Shown here: piece by piece, positions 43,993 through 52,516 of the stretch
How the letters are laid out: every line of letters starts with the position of its first letter
How positions within the stretch are numbered: position 1 is the first letter of the stretch
IMG/VR virus record: IMGVR_UViG_3300026026_000119
Span: 1-57,168 of that record
Direction: 5' to 3' (one strand)
Length of the DNA stretch: 57,168 nt
Origin: a virus
Taxonomy: Duplodnaviria; Caudoviricetes
The notes under the pieces: generated by a model
Told to the model about the DNA's origin: nothing
The model's database searches: none
Seen by the model: the letters and a program-made list of their open reading frames with translations, nothing else
Program-made: the position numbers and the translations under genes

Positions 43993-45392
43993 TACTCCGT
44001 GTGCTCAACCGCTACAAATCTCTTGTAGCGCGAGGCATCGCCCACCGCCGCATCGGTACGAGCCGGCCAGTCAGCAATGATTTTCCACGAAGTAGCAACC
44101 GTGTCTTGTAGGCGGTTGAGAGGTCCACGAATGATGAGCTGGATACGCTCACTGAACACCTCAATGCCGTTGTTGACAATCTTGGGCTCTCCGACCTTGC
44201 CGGTAATGCCCGCTTCGGTAAGTAGGTTGGCGAGGTCCGAGTAGTACTCGTAGATTCCGCCCTGCGCGGTAAAGAGCATCCGGTGAACTTTCGCTCCCGT
44301 GGTGGCTCCCGTGTTGTACAGCTCGCCGGCAAACGGGTCGCGCTGATCAAATGTCGCCGTCAGGCCGCCGACAACCGACGAGGGGATCGGACTCTCAGAG
44401 TTGCGGAAAAACACCGTACCAAGGAGCTCGCCAAGCGCAAACTGCCGGTACATGTAGTGATCGGGTAGTGCGGTCAGTAACCGCTGGAACTCGTCATCGG
44501 AGAAAATCTTCGATTGGCTCACGGGGTCAAGATGGCAGTGGAAACGGCCGTCGGGATGCTCGGGAACGTTCTGCTCCCAAAGGTGAGCCACCGCGGCGCG
44601 AACATCGGCCAAGGTCGGGATATCGGTAGAGGCTGTAAGGTCATCGACCTTCAGGCCGCCACCTACTCGGACTAGATAAGTGCGGTCATCGGCCACGACG
44701 TACGCGCGGTCCGCGCACCCGGTGGTAAGCACGGCGCTCAGAGTGAGCGTGCCGGGACCGACTTCGTCGCCCGCGGTGTCAGGCGTAAAGCCAATGACGT
44801 TACGAGCCTCCGCTCCGCCGGTCATGTAGATACTGACGGCAAGCGGGTTGGTGCTGCTGACGATATTGAACGCCACCTTGGAGCCCGAGTTACTGCGCGC
44901 TCGGGTAAAGCCGTTGAGGCGCTTGACTCGAAGCGTGGCAACCGCTCCGTGACTTCCGTCGGCAACGGTATGTCCCGCGAGCGCGGTGTTGTACATCTGG
45001 TTGCGCACTTTGCGGTTCAACGTCTGTGCCGCTTGAAGCCCGAGCTGATGGCTGTTGCGAAGGAACAAATCGGCAATCGCCTGCATGCTGGTGGGCATGT
45101 GCGTATCCATGGTGCCCGCGTACTGTTGAAGCTGCGCGGTCCACTGCTCCATCGGATAGTTCACGGGCGTCGGGTCGGTGCCGGGAACCAGCGGGGTCAT
45201 ATCCGGCGGTATAAGGCCCGGCGCGGTGAAGATCATCGAGTCGCCGATTCCAGCGGGCCAGGGCACGGGAGCCGCCTCGCCGCGATACAGAAGGCGCGGA
45301 AACAGGGCATCGTGAAACGCCCGCTCCAAAATACCCTCTTGCACAATGGATCGGATTTCCGGAGTCTGAAGGATTACTGAAAAATCTGGCAT
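43992..45392 (-). CDS. Major capsid protein
   Basis: GDSMIFT...PLVPG.DP...LQQYAG...LGLQAAQTLN..VR HK97-fold pattern; follows scaffold; GAGGAG RBS. Confidence 0.88.
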   Translation of the reverse strand: MPDFSVILQTPEIRSIVQEGILERAFHDALFPRLLYRGEAAPVPWPAGIGDSMIFTAPGLIPPDMTPLVPGTDPTPVNYPMEQWTAQLQQYAGTMDTHMPTSMQAIADLFLRNSHQLGLQAAQTLNRKVRNQMYNTALAGHTVADGSHGAVATLRVKRLNGFTRARSNSGSKVAFNIVSSTNPLAVSIYMTGGAEARNVIGFTPDTAGDEVGPGTLTLSAVLTTGCADRAYVVADDRTYLVRVGGGLKVDDLTASTDIPTLADVRAAVAHLWEQNVPEHPDGRFHCHLDPVSQSKIFSDDEFQRLLTALPDHYMYRQFALGELLGTVFFRNSESPIPSSVVGGLTATFDQRDPFAGELYNTGATTGAKVHRMLFTAQGGIYEYYSDLANLLTEAGITGKVGEPKIVNNGIEVFSERIQLIIRGPLNRLQDTVATSWKIIADWPARTDAAVGDASRYKRFVAVEHTE

Positions 45393-45440
45393 TGCCTATC
45401 TCCTCGGTTTCACAAGCCCCTTTTGCAGGGGGTTTATTTC

Positions 45441-45469
45441 ATCGTATCAAAAGCCTTTACTGTATACAA
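45441..45469 (-). promoter_or_regulatory. Sigma70-like promoter upstream of major capsid gene
   Basis: TTGTAT-N17-TACGAT, followed by a CCCC/GGGG leader hairpin. Confidence 0.55.
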
Positions 45470-45481
45470 CGTTGACGTTCT

Positions 45482-46342
45482 CTACATCATAGCCGCGGGA
45501 TTGGTCAGTCCGTGCTTTCGTAAAAGCGCTTGATACTCGTCTTGACTGAGCTTTCTCGCATCAATCGTCTTATCGTCTACCGCTTTTTGAGTCACCGTTA
45601 CCGTAGAGCCAGCCGCGGGAGCGGTAGTTTCCGAACCCGTGGGGGCGGTAGTGGCAAGCTGCTGCTCGGCGTGAAACAGGAACGGATGGGTTTGCTTTAG
45701 ACCACTGAAAAACTTGTTCTCATCAAACCCTGAAAGCTCCTGCTCACTCTTGCCCTTCATCTGCTTGTTGAGCATATCAATCGCAAAATCGATATGTCGC
45801 ACTCCCGCATACGCGGCTGCGATTGAAAGGTCTTTGATAACATCGGCTTTGTCCCGAGCGTCCTCGGCTTCCTTACGTTTCTTTATCTCTTGTCCAAGAC
45901 GCGCCAAAATCCGCTTCTTCTGATCGATCCACTGGCCCTTGCCACTGTCGTCTTGATCGTTAGAGCGCCGGCCATTGTCGTTAGCCGCTTGTTTGTTCGC
46001 CTTCTTCTGAGTCGATTGGCTAAGCTTTGAATCGAGCTCTTCAAATGAGCTGACGCCAAGAGACTTGAGCTTTTGCTGAAACTCCGCCTCTGCACGACGG
46101 CGGCCCTTTTCTTCGGACTTGCGGCGAATCGTAGCAAACGCATCTCCACCTTGTCGCTGGCTCTGAGCGCCTTGCCCGCTGGCGTTATCGTTAGCCGCTT
46201 GTGACTGTGACGATTGCGAGCCCGAAGCCGCTTTGGCAGCGTCCATCGTAGTGACTGTGCCTACGGGACCTGTAGCTGTAGATTGACTATCGGCTCCGGT
46301 TCCCTCGCCGGCGTCGGTAGTGGCTGTGCTTTCTACTGTCAT
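45482..46342 (-). CDS. Capsid scaffolding protein
   Basis: Disordered N-terminus, coiled coil, LKQTHPFLF motif; start re-assigned to 46342. Confidence 0.75.
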   Translation of the reverse strand: MTVESTATTDAGEGTGADSQSTATGPVGTVTTMDAAKAASGSQSSQSQAANDNASGQGAQSQRQGGDAFATIRRKSEEKGRRRAEAEFQQKLKSLGVSSFEELDSKLSQSTQKKANKQAANDNGRRSNDQDDSGKGQWIDQKKRILARLGQEIKKRKEAEDARDKADVIKDLSIAAAYAGVRHIDFAIDMLNKQMKGKSEQELSGFDENKFFSGLKQTHPFLFHAEQQLATTAPTGSETTAPAAGSTVTVTQKAVDDKTIDARKLSQDEYQALLRKHGLTNPAAMM

Positions 46343-46373
46343 AACATACCCACCTTTTTGCCGTGTGGCGTTT

Positions 46374-46847
46374 CTAAGTATTAGGAGCAAACGCCGCGGT
46401 CAGATCCGATTCTGAGCGAGGCGTGTATTGAATGGTAAAGCCGTTGATGTACTTGCCGCTTTCGAACGTGAGCGTCTTGCCATCGTTACTGATCTTTGTC
46501 CGAGTGCTAGAGGCGGTGCCCGATGCATCAGTTATCGCTCTGGCTCCCGTAGCGGCGTAGTTACTGGACGGCACCGCGGTTACTCGCAGTGTCAACACTT
46601 TGCCGATAGCCGGAAGATTGACGCCATCGCGCAAAGTATCGATGCCCGTGATCGTAGCGGCGGCCTTGGTCGTGGCCGCCGTGATGTCCACGGAGTTTAC
46701 TCCCGTGGTAGAGCCGAGCCCCGTCACTACGGCTTTGATGACCGAGTGGCGTTTTGGACCGACCTTGCGCAGTGCATCGGCAAGGTCGTTCAAGTTGCTT
46801 TTTTCGAGTTTCTTTTGGACCGATTCGGTTGCGGTAGCAGTGGTCAT
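46374..46847 (-). CDS. Head decoration-like protein, paralog 2
   Basis: Thr/Ala-rich beta protein; strongly similar to 46895-47341. Confidence 0.65.
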   Translation of the reverse strand: MTTATATESVQKKLEKSNLNDLADALRKVGPKRHSVIKAVVTGLGSTTGVNSVDITAATTKAAATITGIDTLRDGVNLPAIGKVLTLRVTAVPSSNYAATGARAITDASGTASSTRTKISNDGKTLTFESGKYINGFTIQYTPRSESDLTAAFAPNT

Positions 46848-46894
46848 CGATTGCCTCAAATCTTATGGGTTAGACGTAGGCGCCGAGATAGCTA

Positions 46895-47341
46895 TTACGT
46901 GGTGGGCGCAAATAGCGTAGTGGGCGCGATTTCCGAGCGCGGTACGTATTGGAGCACAAACGCTGTCACAACGTCTTCGAACGTAATGACCTCGCCCGTG
47001 TCGTCGATGGTGGCTACCGTAGCGGAGGCGGTGCCCCCTACGTCGGTCACGATTCGGTCGCCGGCCGCGGCGGTGCCCGCTGTCACTCGGAGCGATAGGA
47101 CCGAGCCTATTGGCGGTAGCATCTCGCCATCCTTTAGGGTATCGATACCCGTAATGGTGGCGGCGGCTTTGACAAGCGCTCCGGTGATATCGGGGTTGAT
47201 ATCAGCGGTCAGGCCACTGACCACGACCTTGATTACCGAATGGCGTTTGCCGCCCACTTTCCTAAGCGCCTCGGCAAGGTCGTTTAGGTCGCCTTTTTCT
47301 AACACCTTCTGAATCGACTCGGTTCCAGTACTGGTTGACAT
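46895..47341 (-). CDS. Head decoration-like protein, paralog 1
   Basis: TESIQKVLEK.DLNDLAEALRKVG.KRHSVIK...QYxPRSE...FAP. Confidence 0.65.
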   Translation of the reverse strand: MSTSTGTESIQKVLEKGDLNDLAEALRKVGGKRHSVIKVVVSGLTADINPDITGALVKAAATITGIDTLKDGEMLPPIGSVLSLRVTAGTAAAGDRIVTDVGGTASATVATIDDTGEVITFEDVVTAFVLQYVPRSEIAPTTLFAPTT

Positions 47342-47353
47342 GTCTATCCTCCG

Positions 47354-47740
47354 CTATAACGGCTTTTGAGCCATGAACACTTTTACGGTTGTCGGCACTC
47401 CCGTTACGCGAGTCAAAGATATCGCGGTGTACGGCACTGTCCTAGACATGACGGCTAGAAACGGGTCAACGGGAAAGACCTGATCATCGCCGTCGTCACT
47501 TGAAACGGTAGCCATCACTTTGCCGCCTACCGTTCTCATAATAAGCACATGAACGCTATCGAGTCCGCCAAGCGGCACATCGTGCGCGTCGTCCGAATCG
47601 AGGACGATATTGGTTTGCGTCTTGTTATCGATGGTTAGTCGCTCATCGATAGACGCGCTCACTTGCGGATCACCCGAGCCCTGCGCCCCGGTCTGGGGCG
47701 TAGTCTCGTAGGCGCCGCTCAATCTAAAAAGGTCGCTCAT
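47354..47740 (-). CDS. Beta-rich head-region structural protein
   Basis: Operon context, jelly-roll-like composition. Confidence 0.65.
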   Translation of the reverse strand: MSDLFRLSGAYETTPQTGAQGSGDPQVSASIDERLTIDNKTQTNIVLDSDDAHDVPLGGLDSVHVLIMRTVGGKVMATVSSDDGDDQVFPVDPFLAVMSRTVPYTAISLTRVTGVPTTVKVFMAQKPL

Positions 47741-47743
47741 GCC

Positions 47744-47926
47744 TTACTTGAGAGTAAAGGGCTTGGGGGCTGGACCCTGGGGAAGCGGCTTTTGCTGAAA
47801 CAAATCGTCGATAGGAGCATCGGCGACCGCATCGCGATACTTGCCCTCTCCGGCCTCAATCGCGTCTTGAGGGTTGGGGGTGCCGCGCTCTTGTCCGATT
47901 GAACTTGCATCTGGTTTACCGGCCAT
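47744..47926 (-). CDS. Small head-module peptide 4 (60 aa)
   Basis: AGGAGAG RBS; EGKY; ends PKPFTLK. Confidence 0.75.
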   Translation of the reverse strand: MAGKPDASSIGQERGTPNPQDAIEAGEGKYRDAVADAPIDDLFQQKPLPQGPAPKPFTLK

Positions 47927-47962
47927 ATCACTCTCCTGTGGGTTACCTAACCGTACCTTGGA

Positions 47963-48139
47963 CTACTTCAAGCTCTTGAATGGGTTTACCGTTTGTACCC
48001 GAACCGCTTGGGTAGAAGTGGGAACGGAGCTGCGCATCTGCTCGATACCCTGACCGTTCTGGTACTTGCCCTCGAATAGCTCGGCGCAATGGTTGACGCC
48101 TTTGCCGATTTTCTCGGCGCACTGTTCGTTATCGGTCAT
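47963..48139 (-). CDS. Small head-module peptide 3 (58 aa, not in ORF track)
   Basis: AAGGAG RBS; MTDNEQCAEKIGKGVNHCAELFEGKYQNGQGIEQMRSSVPTSTQAVRVQTVNPFKSLK. Confidence 0.75.
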   Translation of the reverse strand: MTDNEQCAEKIGKGVNHCAELFEGKYQNGQGIEQMRSSVPTSTQAVRVQTVNPFKSLK

Positions 48140-48151
48140 AGAAAAGCTCCT

Positions 48152-48391
48152 TTACTTTTTGAAACTACAGTTCGAATCAAAAGCGCGTTTGCCGCGAATC
48201 GCATAGGCGCTTGTAGGCTGCGCGGCTTCGGCGATGTCCTGATAGCGCTTGCCAGACTCGGGATGATTAGAAGGCACGCCCGCTTGAGAGTCGTACTCTA
48301 CATCGGTGTCGAAGTTAGCCGGCACGTTTTTGCTTTCGGCTATCGACCGAAGGCTGCGAGTCTGTCCTTTGGGTAGTTGAGACTTGAACAT
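48152..48391 (-). CDS. Small head-module peptide 2 (79 aa)
   Basis: GAGGAGG RBS, TAATG coupling; ESGKRYQ; ends SFKK. Confidence 0.7.
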   Translation of the reverse strand: MFKSQLPKGQTRSLRSIAESKNVPANFDTDVEYDSQAGVPSNHPESGKRYQDIAEAAQPTSAYAIRGKRAFDSNCSFKK

Positions 48392-48696
48392 TACCGGCCT
48401 CCTCTGAGGTTAGAAAACGGCGACGGGGTAGTGATATGAGTAGGGGCGGGATGTTGTGGTGTGCGATTGCCCTTGCGAGCGCCAATGGCGGTATCCCCGC
48501 TTAGCCCCTGATGAATTCCACCAGCGTTTGCCTGTGCGAAATACTCTTTTTCAGCGTGGACAAAACCCGCTGGCTTTTCGGCCATCGCCGCTCTATCCAC
48601 TGGCATTCCGTCGTAAGACCCGGTGCGAGCACCTTTGGGCGCAGACGGCGCGAAATCGGCTTGCGCTTCTATCGGACCGTTTGGAATAGTGGCCAT
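48391..48696 (-). CDS. Small head-module peptide 1 (101 aa)
   Basis: Disordered A/G/P-rich sequence; ends PSPFSNLRGGR. Confidence 0.7.
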   Translation of the reverse strand: MATIPNGPIEAQADFAPSAPKGARTGSYDGMPVDRAAMAEKPAGFVHAEKEYFAQANAGGIHQGLSGDTAIGARKGNRTPQHPAPTHITTPSPFSNLRGGR

Positions 48697-48734
48697 TTCT
48701 CGAAGATACGCTTTCTAAAGTTTATCCGCAAGCG

Positions 48735-49385
48735 TCACTCGCCCAGCTCTTCTTCGGTAAACTCCTCTTCCTCTTCGGCCGGCTCTTCTTCTTTTTCCTC
48801 TTCGTTAGAGGACAAATCGGTGTTACCCACAATCTCTTTGGCCGCTACAAAGAGCCATGAGGTTACAAGGTCGCCATCGTCAATCATGCCCGTGCCCGCA
48901 AGGTAGGTGCCGAGCGTACGGATGTCCTCAAGACTCGCGTCCGATAGAGATTGCATAGCGTCTTGAAGCTCTTCGGGAAGCGCGTTGTAATCGTCTTTGA
49001 TGATATCGATTGCGTCCCCCTCGGCGTCTTGTCCGTGAAGTACCGAGGCATCGAGGCCCGAGTCGTTGGCACTGGCTTCAATCGCAGGAGCGCTCTCTTC
49101 AAGAAGCGGAGCTAAATCGCTGTATTTACCGTTCTCGTAGCTATTGAAATCCACCGGAGACTCCTGCTTGTCTTTGCCCTTTTTGCCTTTGCCTTTTTGC
49201 TGCTGTTGCTGCTGCTGTTGAGGGTTGCCTTTGCCGCCCTTGGCGTTTTGGCCGCCTTTACCAAAGCGATTGCCTTTACCGGGTTTGCCGGGTTTGCCGC
49301 CCTTGCCTTTGCCCTGCATTTGCGGGTTGCCTTTGTCTTTACGCGCACCGCCTGTAAAAGCCGCCATTTTTGCCGGGTCGATCAT
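48735..49385 (-). CDS. Charge-segregated protein (K/G/Q-rich N-terminus, acidic C-terminus)
   Basis: AAGGAGAGG RBS; KGKGKGGKPGKPGKG, Q7 run, poly-E tail. Confidence 0.75.
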   Translation of the reverse strand: MIDPAKMAAFTGGARKDKGNPQMQGKGKGGKPGKPGKGNRFGKGGQNAKGGKGNPQQQQQQQQKGKGKKGKDKQESPVDFNSYENGKYSDLAPLLEESAPAIEASANDSGLDASVLHGQDAEGDAIDIIKDDYNALPEELQDAMQSLSDASLEDIRTLGTYLAGTGMIDDGDLVTSWLFVAAKEIVGNTDLSSNEEEKEEEPAEEEEEFTEEELGE

Positions 49386-49446
49386 AACCTCTCCTTTTTA
49401 TGAGTACATCGCGTCAAGCACACTTCAGGATACAGAAGATACCGCT

Positions 49447-50364
49447 TTACTTCAACTCTACTCGTTCGCCCCTCTGGTAGTACCACGCGGGAATCCCCCA
49501 CTCTTTCATCCAAGGTTGAATCACCGCTCGGTCGTTAGGGCGATTGGGCGGATGCTCCCAACTCATCCCTATCATCTCTTCGGGAGCCGGGTCGTCATCG
49601 GGCATGTAAAACATACCATCGGCTTCGGCAATCTGTCCGTGTAATGCTATCGAATCGTCCGATACCCTGTCGTCAAAAGGCTCACCCGTCAAATCATCCA
49701 CGTATTCAACCCACCGCTTAAAGAGACCTGGAAGCTCGCCCACCATTTCGCGAATCCCTAGGTCTTGCACTTGGTTATAGGCACGGCTTGTTTCGGTGCG
49801 CGCTATGCGTTCAATCATCCACCACTGCGAGTCCACCGCGTCTATCACTTCGCTAATGGCATCGTTGACCGTTATCTCGCCAATCGATAGCGACGAGAGC
49901 CGCTCCTTGACCTTGAGCGCGATACCCGAGCCCGCCTCTGCTACCGAAGAGATACGCGCTCTTTGTAAACCCTTGAGCTGCTTTATCGCAAGCCGCTCGG
50001 AGCGAATCGTTTCGTCAAGAGGAGAGGATTTGCCGCTTCTGGCCTTTCCCAAAAACTGCCCGAGACGGTGAACGCCTTCGTTGAGCACCGTGTGAGTCTG
50101 CATCGAGAACTCTCCGGCCACTTTCGATAGAGCATCAACGATATGCTCGTTTGCAACCTTTTCGATGCGCCTTGCCGTGGCAGCGTTGGTAAGGCTTCTG
50201 CGCTGCGCCTTGAACGTGGTTCCGAGCGAGCGCGATAGACGAGCGATGCCCGTGTCGTACTCGGTTCTCAGACCCGCAAGCGCCTGTTTATCCACTACGC
50301 GCACAAGCGCCCGTCGGTGACCTATTACTGCGTTTTTGACCGATTCGCTTATACGGGGTTTCAT
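49447..50364 (-). CDS. Head morphogenesis protein (SPP1 gp7/Mu gpF-like)
   Basis: ERIARTETSRAYN...KRW...DDRV...HGQ...HPPNRPNDR; start re-assigned to 50364. Confidence 0.85.
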   Translation of the reverse strand: MKPRISESVKNAVIGHRRALVRVVDKQALAGLRTEYDTGIARLSRSLGTTFKAQRRSLTNAATARRIEKVANEHIVDALSKVAGEFSMQTHTVLNEGVHRLGQFLGKARSGKSSPLDETIRSERLAIKQLKGLQRARISSVAEAGSGIALKVKERLSSLSIGEITVNDAISEVIDAVDSQWWMIERIARTETSRAYNQVQDLGIREMVGELPGLFKRWVEYVDDLTGEPFDDRVSDDSIALHGQIAEADGMFYMPDDDPAPEEMIGMSWEHPPNRPNDRAVIQPWMKEWGIPAWYYQRGERVELK

Positions 50365-50458
50365 GGTCGTCGAGTTTTTTTGACAGTCGCTTAGCCTACA
50401 AGATAAGTTTGCCGTTATGTACAACGCCGAGGTTTGGATGTGAAACGATCTTCACCAC

Positions 50459-50492
50459 AATTCCGGAATGCTAGTATTCCGGAATTCCGGAA
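50459..50492. repeat. 8-bp period tandem palindromes TTCCGGAA
   Basis: TTCCGGAA-TGCTAGTA-TTCCGGAA-TTCCGGAA at 50461-50492 in a ~190-bp intergenic gap. Confidence 0.75.
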
Positions 50493-50557
50493 GACTATTT
50501 CGCCGTAACGGACGCCCTCGTTATCAATTTTGTTGACTTTTGCTTTCAACTGAGAAC

Positions 50558-50896
50558 CTATCCGTTCGCTTCAACAAGGCTCTCTCGGCGGTGTCTTTGG
50601 ATATCTTTCTTTAGCCGTTTAGGAACCCGATTTACCGCCCTTGCGATTGACCATTCAACAAGCGTGTTTCTGATTCCAAACCAGCACGTCTTTATCCGCC
50701 ACGCGAGTAAAAACCATAGAAGCTTTGAAGCGGCCTTGTGCGAGACGTTGAACATGACCATCTCGCGTTTTCCGTGTATGACAAGTATCCCCTCGATTTT
50801 GGCAATCACCGCTACTTCTCTGTTGTCGGCTTCGACGAACCGAAAGGCGCGCTCGGCGCCGATTCCGATAAACCTATCCCAAAGGCTTGGTTTCAT
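50558..50896 (-). CDS. Hypothetical protein
   Basis: GAGGGG RBS, coupled start. Confidence 0.65.
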   Translation of the reverse strand: MKPSLWDRFIGIGAERAFRFVEADNREVAVIAKIEGILVIHGKREMVMFNVSHKAASKLLWFLLAWRIKTCWFGIRNTLVEWSIARAVNRVPKRLKKDIQRHRRESLVEANG

Positions 50897-51528
50897 TTCT
50901 TACCCCTCTTGGTTTGCGCCTCCATAGCGTCTAGCCGCGTGTAGTAATCGGGTATTTCCGCCAGGTGGTCTTTGGTAATTGCCTTGGCTATGTCCCGATC
51001 ATCGGTGTGTTCGAGCTCGTGCTCGATACCCATGGCAAGTTGAGTCGGATCGAACTTGCTGTCGTCCAAATCGCTATGTTTCCCTACCGGCCCGTTTTGC
51101 TCTTTTTTTTTATCCGTCTCTCGGTTTTGCTCGTTGGGCTTTTGCTCGCCTACTCCCTCTTGTCGCGCCTCTTGGTGAATCGAGTCATGGCATTTATCGC
51201 AAATGGTAGCCATGTTGTTGAGCTCGTTGATGTGGCCCTTTTTCTTGAGCCACTCGCTGTCCGGGATACCGCCCTTGTGATGAAGGCCAATGGGGCTATC
51301 GGTACGACCGCATTTTTTGCACGTGTAGCCATCGCGCCTAAACACGTGAAGGGCAACACTGGCGGGCAGTCCCCCTACTCCGTTGTTATGGAGCTTGACG
51401 CCTTTGGCCTTGGCCTCTTGGCGCATCTTGATAAGCGCGCCCCGCTCTTCTCGGCTCATGTTGATACGCTTTTTGTCGCGCTCTTGTTTAGCCTCGGCCT
51501 TGGCGAGTATGACTAGCTTTTCGCTCAT
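50893..51528 (-). CDS. HNH nuclease fused to a DUF5661-like domain
   Basis: VFRRDGYTCKKCG...LHH...N..TICDKCHDSIH, then QLAMGIEHELEHTDD..IA..I.KDHLAEIPDYYTRL; start re-assigned to 51528. Confidence 0.8.
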   Translation of the reverse strand: MSEKLVILAKAEAKQERDKKRINMSREERGALIKMRQEAKAKGVKLHNNGVGGLPASVALHVFRRDGYTCKKCGRTDSPIGLHHKGGIPDSEWLKKKGHINELNNMATICDKCHDSIHQEARQEGVGEQKPNEQNRETDKKKEQNGPVGKHSDLDDSKFDPTQLAMGIEHELEHTDDRDIAKAITKDHLAEIPDYYTRLDAMEAQTKRGKK

Positions 51529-52052
51529 CGCGCCACCTGTACTAGCGGTTTTTCGGGACCGGGTCCCCGATTGAACTCCACCTCTACCCAGCTCGGAAGA
51601 TGAGCAAGCGAGCGCTCGAAACTCGGACCGCACTGTTTGCAGCTATACGCTACGCCAAGCCTAACGTAAGGCCGCGGCTTTCCGTCCGGACCGCGAAACT
51701 GCACGATGCGCTTGAAAAGTTCTGTCGGAGGGGCGCCATTGACCAGGGGCGCAAGACCGTTATCATTTGCCACCTCCGAATACGGCCCGAACGTAATGGC
51801 GCGCATGATTACTTGCTGAGAGCCGCATGCTTGGCATTTAGCGTTCAGAGGAAAGGCGTGTTTAGCGTGCATTTCCTCCGGCGTCATCCGGCCTCCCATG
51901 AAACGCTTACGGTGAATGTTTTCAGTTTTTGCCATAGTCTTTGCCATTGTCGTTAGCGGGTTTGCTGTACTTGGAATGGCCGAGTACTCGTGCGGTGGCG
52001 CGCTGCACCTGGTAAGCTCGTTTGATGCCACTGCCGCGGCATATCTCGTCAA
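51525..52052 (-). CDS. Zn-finger (CxxC...CxxC) hypothetical protein
   Basis: CQACG and CKQCG; start uncertain. Confidence 0.65.
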   Translation of the reverse strand: MTRYAAAVASNELTRCSAPPHEYSAIPSTANPLTTMAKTMAKTENIHRKRFMGGRMTPEEMHAKHAFPLNAKCQACGSQQVIMRAITFGPYSEVANDNGLAPLVNGAPPTELFKRIVQFRGPDGKPRPYVRLGVAYSCKQCGPSFERSLAHLPSWVEVEFNRGPGPEKPLVQVAR

Positions 52053-52516
52053 GCCTCTTGGCTATCTTCTTCGCTTTGGTTTTCAAATCCATCGCCATAA
52101 GTTTCAGCCACCGTTTTCCAGCTCCCGTGTGTTATTCGAAACGCGCGGTCGTCTAAGTATAAGTGCGCTATTACCTTGCCCTGATCGCCGCTATCTATCG
52201 CGTCAAACACGCCTCTCAAATCTCGGTTGATGCACCGAATCATGTTGTGATAGGCGCGCTCCCATTTCAGTTGGCTGTCGGCCCAGTTTTTTTCGTCAAA
52301 CGGAACAATGCCGTTTTTCCACAAAGGGTTTTTCCGCCAGTCTTTTCTTTGAGCGGTATTGGCGCGGCACGAGGTGAGAATAAGCGTGTGACCGGCGGAC
52401 TTGAGCGATTGAAGAGCGATACGCGCTTCAGGCAGCACGTAAAGCTTTTCCTTCGGCTCGCCGTAATCATGACTGCGCTCTACGACGGTGCCATCAAAGT
52501 CTACCGCGATTATCAT
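52049..52516 (-). CDS. HAD-superfamily phosphatase-like protein
   Basis: IIAVDFDGT motif I, LILTSCR motif II, GK...YLDDRA motifs III/IV. Confidence 0.85.
   Translation of the reverse strand: MIIAVDFDGTVVERSHDYGEPKEKLYVLPEARIALQSLKSAGHTLILTSCRANTAQRKDWRKNPLWKNGIVPFDEKNWADSQLKWERAYHNMIRCINRDLRGVFDAIDSGDQGKVIAHLYLDDRAFRITHGSWKTVAETYGDGFENQSEEDSQEA

Noticed and set aside
46428-47312. 294-aa + strand ORF spanning the two decoration-like genes
   Set aside because: Shadow ORF; the - strand genes are supported by RBSs and mutual paralogy.
47744-48696. Peptide array as RiPP precursors
   Set aside because: No modifying enzyme, transporter or shared N-terminal leader; conservation is C-terminal and the context is the head module.
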